In this document: in pieces, positions 57,300-64,000 of the stretch
Layout: the number at the start of each line of letters is the position of its first letter
Position numbering within the stretch: position 1 is the first letter of the stretch
Virus record (IMG/VR): IMGVR_UViG_3300033146_004475
Span: 4,217-68,216 of that record
Origin: a virus
Direction: 5' to 3' (one strand)
Length of the DNA: 64,000 nt
Notes under the pieces: generated by a model
The model's database searches: none
Told to the model about the DNA's origin: nothing
Seen by the model: the letters and a program-made list of their open reading frames with translations, nothing else
Translations under genes and position numbers: made by a program

Positions 57300-57433
57300 C
57301 TATTTCACTACACCTTGATATTGATCAATATGAATACTTCTTATGTAGGAAGTATATGCCGAATCAACATCAATTTGCACTTTATGGTCCTGTGGCATTT
57401 TTCCAGTCTTTCAATCAGTTCCTTTACTGTCAT
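57300..57433 (-). pseudogene. MTVKELIE-family small gene with 1-nt frameshift
   Basis: MTVKELIERLEK|MPQDHKVQID...; an A5 run where A6 restores the frame. Confidence 0.5.
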
Positions 57434-57590
57434 GATTTTCTCCTTTTTGTTTTATAGGTTTCACAAAAGCAGTTAAAACTTCTTTGATAATACCTACATC
57501 ACAAGTTCCATTCAATCGAAGATTATTTAATATTCCTATGTGTCCTTCAAACATGCCTGATACAATTTCAACTTTTTCTCCAACTTTCAT
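57411..57590 (-). CDS. KOW-motif small protein
   Basis: MKVGEKVEIVSGMFEGHIG KOW pattern. Confidence 0.6.
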   Translation of the reverse strand: MKVGEKVEIVSGMFEGHIGILNNLRLNGTCDVGIIKEVLTAFVKPIKQKGENHDSKGTD

Positions 57591-57605
57591 ATTTTTCCTT
57601 TCTTG

Positions 57606-57679
57606 TGGTAGCCCAATAAGGATTCGAACCTTAATTTCCAGGATCAAAACCTGGAGTCCTGCCGTTGGACGATTGGGCT
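57606..57679 (-). tRNA. tRNA-Gln (UUG) with encoded CCA
   Basis: Cloverleaf: AGCCCAA/TTGGGCT, GTCC/GGAC, CCAGG-TTTTGAT-CCTGG, TAAGG-TTCGAAT-CCTTA, ACCA. Confidence 0.93.
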
Positions 57680-57687
57680 ATTTTATT

Positions 57688-58251
57688 TTAACTTACTCCT
57701 TTATTAAAATCTATTGCCATTTGTTTTGCATCTTTCATAGTTTTAGCAGTCCATTCTCCGTTACCTGTTGGAGTTATGTGATGACGAACTCCTGAAATAG
57801 TGTTTCGGAGTTTTTTGTTTGGTATCTTATCATCATATTCCCATATTATATCAAAAAATTTATCACTGCCTTCTTCTACTATTCCATTACAGCGAACATT
57901 TAGATGCCCTGGATCAGACCAAAATAATATAGCAGCTTCTTCCTGTTCTTTTAATGTTGATCCAATATAATGACAATCTCCTTTTTTACATATTGATCCT
58001 ATAGAAAAACCAAAAATTGCCCTATGACTCCAGCCATACCATTTTTCATCTTTTGGACTATACCCAACTCCATGTGTTAACTCTCCTGTAATATCTCTAT
58101 CCGCCAGGAATTTTATATCGTTTTCCATTCCTACATGAGTGATATAACTGTCGTCAAATTTGCTTTTGTAGATTTTGGTTAAAGATCCATCATCCATAAT
58201 ATCCATTTCTGTAATGTAAGCTACCTTGTCTAAATAATCTTTTACGTTCAT
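57688..58251 (-). CDS. Conserved-looking phage hypothetical protein
   Basis: KWYGWSHRAIFGF...GEWTAKT..DAKQMAIDF..GVS; AAGGAG RBS before ATG 58251. Confidence 0.65.
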   Translation of the reverse strand: MNVKDYLDKVAYITEMDIMDDGSLTKIYKSKFDDSYITHVGMENDIKFLADRDITGELTHGVGYSPKDEKWYGWSHRAIFGFSIGSICKKGDCHYIGSTLKEQEEAAILFWSDPGHLNVRCNGIVEEGSDKFFDIIWEYDDKIPNKKLRNTISGVRHHITPTGNGEWTAKTMKDAKQMAIDFNKGVS

Positions 58252-58271
58252 GGTTTCTCCTTTTATAAATA

Positions 58272-58353
58272 TTAGGAGAGCAGGAGCCAATTATATGAAT
58301 AATTTAAAAACTTAAGAGTTAGTTGCTCCACGCCCTATGCGCTGCCCTCCTAA
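58272..58353 (-). ncRNA. Structured intergenic element
   Basis: TTAGGAGGGCAG/CTGCTCTCCTAA outer stem, CGC-ATAGG-GCG hairpin, GGAGCAACTA/TAATTGGCTCC inner stem. Confidence 0.45.
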
Positions 58354-58357
58354 ACTG

Positions 58358-59308
58358 TTACCATCTTGTTTTAACCATCTGTTTTAATTCCAAAATATCA
58401 TCTTTTAGTAAACTGTCAGGATCAAGTCCTTCGTCTAAGACAATTAACTCAGTTTCCGTAAAAGCTGATATATCATTTGCTAATTTTTTTCCTGCAATTC
58501 TGCCAGCTTTATCTCCATCAAAAACAATTATTACTTTTGAAAATTTTATCATCATTCTTTTTTGTTCTGGTGTTACGATAGTTCCAAAAGTACATACGGC
58601 CCCTGGCCCTATTCTTAACTTATCAAAATAGCCTTCAACAACTATTAATACGTTGCTTGTGCATTGCTCTATGCCGTATAGATGATTTTTGCAGTGTATG
58701 ATACTCTTTTCTTTTGAAAGATGCTTATAACGCAAATAAGAGCTTTCTGCGACATCTACACTAGTAAAAGTAATTAGTTTATTGTGTTTATATATTGGAA
58801 CAATAATTCTATTTGCCCATTCTCCATAATCTCCACAATAATGTAAGTCATACATTACATCTAATTTTTTAGGATTAAAGCCTCTATTTTTTAAGTAATT
58901 AATGTGTCTTTTTTTGGGTTTTTTAGAGGCTTCTTCTGGAAGATTTACATACAGAACTGAATTAGATTCCTTTTGTATTTGATTTAATTTCAATTCTCTT
59001 GGAGTATGTTTTTGAATAATTTCAATTGCTTTATTCCAACTTCCAAGTTCTGCTGCTAAATACGTTAAATAGTTTCCTTTAGCCCCACAATTATAACAAG
59101 AAACAACAGGAGAACTTAAATGTAGTCCCATATGGTTAGATTGATCTCCACATCCAGGCATAGGACACAAAACACCAATCCAACCATTTGAAACATTTTT
59201 CCCTGATTCTGAATAAGGCACATTGATCTCTTCCAAAACAGCTTTGATATCACAAAATTCCAGATTAACTTGATTCTGTTTTTTTTTCCTTTTATTAACT
59301 TGTCTCAT
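58358..59308 (-). CDS. DNA primase (zinc finger + TOPRIM)
   Basis: CPMPGC...CYNCG; RIIVP; VVEGYFD; FDGDKAG. Confidence 0.9.
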   Translation of the reverse strand: MRQVNKRKKKQNQVNLEFCDIKAVLEEINVPYSESGKNVSNGWIGVLCPMPGCGDQSNHMGLHLSSPVVSCYNCGAKGNYLTYLAAELGSWNKAIEIIQKHTPRELKLNQIQKESNSVLYVNLPEEASKKPKKRHINYLKNRGFNPKKLDVMYDLHYCGDYGEWANRIIVPIYKHNKLITFTSVDVAESSYLRYKHLSKEKSIIHCKNHLYGIEQCTSNVLIVVEGYFDKLRIGPGAVCTFGTIVTPEQKRMMIKFSKVIIVFDGDKAGRIAGKKLANDISAFTETELIVLDEGLDPDSLLKDDILELKQMVKTRW

Positions 59309-59309
59309 T

Positions 59310-59624
59310 TTAAAAGTCTTTGATTATTTTTTGTAGTTTTTTTATCATTTCTTTGGCTTTTTTTATTTGTTCTTTTACAGCATCATTAGGATTAGAGAAG
59401 TAACTGCACACATCCCAAAAATCATCATCCAGTGTTTGTTTTACAGGTCCACTATCTAAATTAACGTAATAAAATCCAGAGTTTAGTTTATATATTGTCA
59501 TGTTTTTTTTAGATATTGAAAAACACCAAACATGTCCATTATGCCATATATTAACTTTCCATCCAGGTGTGTCCATTAATGATAATAATTTGTTGCCTTT
59601 TTCTTCAGCTTCTTGGCGGGTCAT
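59310..59624 (-). CDS. Hypothetical protein
   Basis: ORF in operon orientation. Confidence 0.5.
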   Translation of the reverse strand: MTRQEAEEKGNKLLSLMDTPGWKVNIWHNGHVWCFSISKKNMTIYKLNSGFYYVNLDSGPVKQTLDDDFWDVCSYFSNPNDAVKEQIKKAKEMIKKLQKIIKDF

Positions 59625-59629
59625 ACTAT

Positions 59630-61141
59630 TTACCTATGAAAAGAATTTCTTGCATTATAAAGAGTTTCATCGTGTAATGCTACACATTTCGAAACATCTA
59701 AAGTGGTTAAAGCTCTGGTTAATGATACATAAAGTAAATTAATTTCTCCTTGGCTTAACTTTCTTTCTTTTGAAGCAACAGGAAAATCAGAGTATAATTG
59801 AACTTTTTCCCATTCAAGTCCCTTTGATCGGTGTCCTGTGGTTAAAGTTAATTCTGCTCTATTGGAATACGGTTCAATTTGGTGCAAAGCATCCAGTAAT
59901 TTTGGAATTCCATGTTGTTTTATGATTTGAACAAAAGCTTTCAAATCTTGTCCTGATTCAGTTTCAGAGCATTCTACAACTTCTTGCCAATTATTAAATA
60001 AGGCCAAATCAGGACAATAAGTTTTCTTACCATTTTGTAAATCTTCTGCTCCTTTTAACATAAGAATTGTACTTTGAACTCCACCTTGAACATATATCTT
60101 TGTTCCCAGTTCTAAGTATTTGAATACATTAGTAATTACTCCTGCATTAGTTCTGCAAATAACAACGTCAGGATCAGGAATTGATTTATAAACAACTTCC
60201 CCTGGTTTGTCACTTACTCCTTTTATTAACGGTGGGGCTTTGTCTGGATGTATATAACTCTGCAATACTCTATTTGCCATATCAGCAATAGCATCTCCAA
60301 ATCTAAATGATTGTGTAATATATGTGCTATGTTTTGTATCTACTAATTCCATAGCATTTTGTGCGCCTCGCCAGCTATAGATTTGCTGGAATTTATCTCC
60401 TACGAATACTTTTTGGCAATCTTGCTGTTTGATGATATCAAGAAAAACAGGATTTGCATCTTGAGCTTCATCTAGTAAAATGAAATCTTTCCTAATTTTC
60501 GGATTACTCAAATGCCAAAGTTTCACATAAGTATCATGTGTTATCGGAAGTTTGCCTTTTAAATTAATTTGATCTTCCCAAACTCTATTAGCATAAGGAA
60601 TAATATCTTCTCTCATTGCAAGAATATGTTCTTCTTTATATGGCCCTTTTATTATTGGAACATGCTTTGTTTGAATAAAGGTATCTGAAGAAAAACAGAA
60701 TCGTCTTACTGTATCAAGAATGATATATCCTTTAGAAGCCTTGGTATTATACATTTCTGTATTTCCAATATCTATTTGATTTGCAATCAATGTTCCTGTT
60801 ATTTTACTTAGACGATCCTTATAAGGCCAGGCGACTTGTCCAAAAGCAACACTATGTCCTGTTCTACAATCAACATTTTTGCTAAATTTATCCTTGGCTG
60901 AATCTGCAATAGCTTTATTAAATGCAAGATAAATTCCTTTTCTTCTTTTCATTTTTTCAGCAGCAGCTTCTAATGTAAATGTTTTTCCACTTCCGGAAGG
61001 AGCTTGAACTTTTGTATCCTCATTACTTTGAATACATTTAATTACTTCATTTTGTTCTTTGGTTAGGGGTAATCCTTGAAATGTGTTTGTTACTTGTTTG
61101 GTTCTGATTTTCTTCTTTTTTAGCTTGTCTCTCATCCCCAT
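59630..61141 (-). CDS. UvrD/Rep-like SF1 helicase
   Basis: APSGSGKT, LAFN, LDEAQD, VGDKFQQIYSWRGA, SFRFG, HRSKGLEW, LYVSLTRA. Confidence 0.92.
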   Translation of the reverse strand: MGMRDKLKKKKIRTKQVTNTFQGLPLTKEQNEVIKCIQSNEDTKVQAPSGSGKTFTLEAAAEKMKRRKGIYLAFNKAIADSAKDKFSKNVDCRTGHSVAFGQVAWPYKDRLSKITGTLIANQIDIGNTEMYNTKASKGYIILDTVRRFCFSSDTFIQTKHVPIIKGPYKEEHILAMREDIIPYANRVWEDQINLKGKLPITHDTYVKLWHLSNPKIRKDFILLDEAQDANPVFLDIIKQQDCQKVFVGDKFQQIYSWRGAQNAMELVDTKHSTYITQSFRFGDAIADMANRVLQSYIHPDKAPPLIKGVSDKPGEVVYKSIPDPDVVICRTNAGVITNVFKYLELGTKIYVQGGVQSTILMLKGAEDLQNGKKTYCPDLALFNNWQEVVECSETESGQDLKAFVQIIKQHGIPKLLDALHQIEPYSNRAELTLTTGHRSKGLEWEKVQLYSDFPVASKERKLSQGEINLLYVSLTRALTTLDVSKCVALHDETLYNARNSFHR

Positions 61142-61184
61142 ATTATTCTCCTTTTAAAATATTAACTCCTTCTTGATTATCAGT

Positions 61185-62537
61185 TTACATTTTTTTATAA
61201 ACTCTATCTCTGGCATACCCAGAATACTGTAAAACAGCAATATTATCATCCCTAATATCATAAACTCTTGGTACTTTTTTCTTATTTTTCCCTGGCCGGC
61301 GGATTCTTCCAACACATTGAACTAATCTACCTGGAAATTTTATTGGGGTACACAAAAATAAGGCTGTTAAATCAGGAAGATCAAATCCTTCACCAATCAA
61401 AGAAGTTGTGGCAAATAAGACTTTGCATTTTCCATTCCTTGCCTCTTTTACTATTATTTTTCTTTTAGTTGCATTTATCGAACCAGTCAATAAATGGCTT
61501 TTTATCTTATGGTTACTCAAAAGCCTTTCTTGCATGATTTTAAGATGTTTTTGTCGATCTGATACTATTAGTATGTTTTCTTTGTGAAAGCACAAATCTT
61601 GAGCTATCTCGTTCGTTATAAGAGTGTTTCTTTCTTCATTGTTTATTAAACTTGTGATCATTGTTGAATAGTCGTTGGTAAATAGATAAGAGAAATTAGA
61701 GTAAATTTTATAAATTTCAGGTAGTAAAACCAATCCTGTTTTTTGTAGTTCTTTTTTATCTATTTTGTGTTTTAGTGGCCCAATAGAAGCAAATATAGCA
61801 TGTCCCAATCCATCAGCACGATAAAGTGTAGCGGATAAGCCTAAATAATATTTGGCTCTAAATTCTTGTAATGTTTCCATCCATGAATTTGATGGGAGTT
61901 TATGTACTTCATCACAAATTATGTGTCCAAAGCATTTGTTTAAGTTTTGTAATTTATTTCTTACTGAATTAATTATCCCTATAGTTATTGGTTGGATGTC
62001 GAATTTACCATCCCCAACTAAGCCAGCATCTTCTCCTGTGAATTTTTTAATTTGATCTTTCCATTGATACAATAACTCTTTGCTATGAACAATAATCAAT
62101 GTCCTTTGTTGTCGTTGCACAATCATGTTTATTCCTATGACTGTTTTTCCTGCCCCTGTGGTAGCATCAAGAACACCACAAGGATAACTCATTAAATCAG
62201 GAATAACTTTTTGTTGTAATGACCTTAACTTTCCTTTAAATTTTAATTTTAATGGTTTAAGAACAAGGGTTTTATCCTTTATTTTATACTTAAGATGATT
62301 ATCTTTGAACCATTTTAACATCCAATAAATATATCCCCTTGGCACCCATGCTTTATCACCTTCAATATCAAATAGGAAAAGGTGTGACGGCATAGAAGGG
62401 GACATATATTTTCCAAATTTCTTTGCAGAAACATAATCAGGATTATTGAATGTTAAATCCTTTTTTATTTTTGTAATTAGTGCAATAGGTAACTTTTCTC
62501 CTATAACACCTTTTCCTATTGTGATAATTGATTTCAT
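61185..62537 (-). CDS. SF2 (DExH, UvsW/XPB-like) helicase
   Basis: TGAGKT, DEVH, GLSAT, EGFDLP, QCVGRIRR. Confidence 0.92.
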   Translation of the reverse strand: MKSIITIGKGVIGEKLPIALITKIKKDLTFNNPDYVSAKKFGKYMSPSMPSHLFLFDIEGDKAWVPRGYIYWMLKWFKDNHLKYKIKDKTLVLKPLKLKFKGKLRSLQQKVIPDLMSYPCGVLDATTGAGKTVIGINMIVQRQQRTLIIVHSKELLYQWKDQIKKFTGEDAGLVGDGKFDIQPITIGIINSVRNKLQNLNKCFGHIICDEVHKLPSNSWMETLQEFRAKYYLGLSATLYRADGLGHAIFASIGPLKHKIDKKELQKTGLVLLPEIYKIYSNFSYLFTNDYSTMITSLINNEERNTLITNEIAQDLCFHKENILIVSDRQKHLKIMQERLLSNHKIKSHLLTGSINATKRKIIVKEARNGKCKVLFATTSLIGEGFDLPDLTALFLCTPIKFPGRLVQCVGRIRRPGKNKKKVPRVYDIRDDNIAVLQYSGYARDRVYKKM

Positions 62538-62546
62538 TTTGTTCCT

Positions 62547-62765
62547 TTACCAATCAGGACCATTGTCATATTTTGAATTAATATATGGATCAGAGTTATC
62601 TTGTTTAGCTCCTAATCCACTTTCTGCAAATACAAAATAGCCCGTTTCTAAAGAGGTATCTCCTTGTTTTGTTTTTAAAGGTTTACGTGGCTTATTAATT
62701 CCTTCAGTTAAAAAAATCCAAATTTCAACAATTCCCAAAAATATGAAATTCAGAAAAACATCCAT
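62547..62765 (-). CDS. Small membrane-anchored hypothetical protein
   Basis: Hydrophobic N-terminus; TAATG coupling. Confidence 0.45.
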   Translation of the reverse strand: MDVFLNFIFLGIVEIWIFLTEGINKPRKPLKTKQGDTSLETGYFVFAESGLGAKQDNSDPYINSKYDNGPDW

Positions 62766-63151
62766 TATTTAAAACTCCATTTTAAAACAGGATTTAATTT
62801 TTCTCTGAGTTTTTCAATTGAAGTTTCAGGAATAAGTTTTTTCAATGGTGTAATTTGAACTTTTACAACTGTCCAGAACTTTTTCTTTTTCCTATTTTTC
62901 TCAAATCTTTTGTAAAGTTTTTCTGGATCAATTTCAGTAAAGGTATCAGAACTGGAAAGAACCAGAATATCTCCAGCTTTGTTGCTATACTCTCCTTTTT
63001 TGGTTAACTCGAACTCTTTTTTGATTTCCTTGATTCGTTTTTCAGCAGATTTCTTGAGCTTGTTGAGTTTACAAGCCTCTGCCAAAAGTATCCCTTTTTC
63101 TCCAGTTAATACGAATGGATTTTCTTTTGTTGACTTTTTGATTTTTTTCAT
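62765..63151 (-). CDS. Basic hypothetical protein
   Basis: AAGGAG RBS. Confidence 0.55.
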   Translation of the reverse strand: MKKIKKSTKENPFVLTGEKGILLAEACKLNKLKKSAEKRIKEIKKEFELTKKGEYSNKAGDILVLSSSDTFTEIDPEKLYKRFEKNRKKKKFWTVVKVQITPLKKLIPETSIEKLREKLNPVLKWSFK

Positions 63152-63322
63152 TTATTTTCTCCTTTTAAGTTTTTTTCTTTTTGTTTTTTTAAGTTTTTTT
63201 GTCAAGTGTTTATCTAAAATTCTTTGAACATATCCGGAAACTGTTCTCCCTTCTTCCTTTGCTTTATTTTTCAAAAACTCAATTTCTGATATGTCCAATG
63301 GCACTGCCATTCTTGCTGTCAT
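63152..63322 (-). CDS. Ribbon-helix-helix protein (56 aa, absent from ORF track)
   Basis: AGGAGGAG RBS; MTARMAVPLDISEIEFLKNKAKEEGRTVSGYVQRIL. Confidence 0.7.
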   Translation of the reverse strand: MTARMAVPLDISEIEFLKNKAKEEGRTVSGYVQRILDKHLTKKLKKTKRKKLKRRK

Positions 63323-63473
63323 TGCTCCTCCTTTTTATACGTTTGATTTCTTTTGTTAGGATTAGCCTTACGTATCCTAACAAACTGATTCCATAATTAT
63401 CAGCTAATTTTTGCAGTTTTTCTTTTATTTTATCAGGATAAGAAAAACTTATTCTTGTTCTTTCTTCTTTCAT
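63279..63473 (-). CDS. Ribbon-helix-helix protein
   Basis: RISFSYPDKIKEKLQKLADNYGISLLGYVRLIL. Confidence 0.7.
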   Translation of the reverse strand: MKEERTRISFSYPDKIKEKLQKLADNYGISLLGYVRLILTKEIKRIKRRSNDSKNGSAIGHIRN

Positions 63474-63563
63474 TGTAACCCCCTTTTAATTGTTTTATAA
63501 TAAAATAGCACATTTAAACATAAAAAACAATACTGTGTATGTATAATTATAAACTTTTGTGTG

Positions 63564-63872
63564 TTATTGTGAATTATTAATCGGTGCATCCATATCAGTT
63601 AAATCTTCTCCTTTAGAAATTGCTTCAATTATTTTAAACCAATCTCCTCTTTTCCATGAATACCAATTTGGATTTCTTTTACATTCAGGACAATCTGGAG
63701 TTTCTTTTGCAATTATCTTTTTTCCGTCTTTGAATAAGTGTTGAATTGGGGCTGCTTTATTTGTGCTACATTCAAGAGGAAAAGGCAATCTGCCTTCATA
63801 ATACCTTTTTAATTTTATCTTTATCTTAGGTTTTGGCCCTAAGTGTTTAAATTTCTTTTTAAGCCTTTTCAA
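63564..63872 (-). CDS. Hypothetical protein with basic N-terminus and CxxC
   Basis: CPEC; TTG start. Confidence 0.45.
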   Translation of the reverse strand: MKRLKKKFKHLGPKPKIKIKLKRYYEGRLPFPLECSTNKAAPIQHLFKDGKKIIAKETPDCPECKRNPNWYSWKRGDWFKIIEAISKGEDLTDMDAPINNSQ

Positions 63873-64000
63873 TTTTTTATACTCCAGTTACCATTGCATC
63901 TTTGTTATTATAAAATATTTGTCCTTTTCCATTTATTAATTGATGGTTTTTACTATTGTATAATTCATGAGGCCCAAACAAATGAGGCTTGCCATCTTTT

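Noticed and set aside
58272-58353. tRNA-Sec or other tRNA
   Set aside because: No TTCGA T-loop, anticodon arm or CCA end
1-64000. Genome-wide stop-codon reassignment
   Set aside because: Long genes are intact in the standard code; TAA, TAG and TGA all act as stops, with frequent ATGA overlaps; the tRNA is not a suppressor

Overview
AT-rich segment of a tailed dsDNA phage genome with siphovirus-type tail organisation and two convergent arms. The + strand (1-21.9 kb) carries the tail tube protein, tail chaperones with a lambda-type -1 frameshift, the tape measure, several Cys-rich tail-tip proteins, SPRY and LamG receptor-binding proteins, and a lysis-like cassette that unusually contains a PAS-domain protein. 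The - strand (22-64 kb) carries nucleotide metabolism genes (ThyX, dCMP deaminase, dATP/dGTP diphosphohydrolase-like, HD hydrolases), a split Rad50/gp46 with Mre11/gp47, HU, an ATP ligase, Endo VII, a 5'-3' exonuclease, RecA/UvsX, SSB, UvsY, clamp loader, UDG-fused PolA, a Thg1-like protein, sliding clamp, radical SAM, a two-frame C5 methyltransferase, DnaB, initiator, primase, two helicases and tRNA-Gln. An anaerobic bacterial host (e.g. Desulfobacterota) is only an inference. Highlights: a small ORF with an in-frame TGA in a CxxUxxC context, a PAS sensor in the lysis cassette, polybasic tails on many replication proteins beside a polyacidic repeat protein, a ThyA remnant behind thyX, and two multi-stem intergenic elements. 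Protein calls come from motif recognition by eye, not database searches, and several frameshifts could be sequencing errors.
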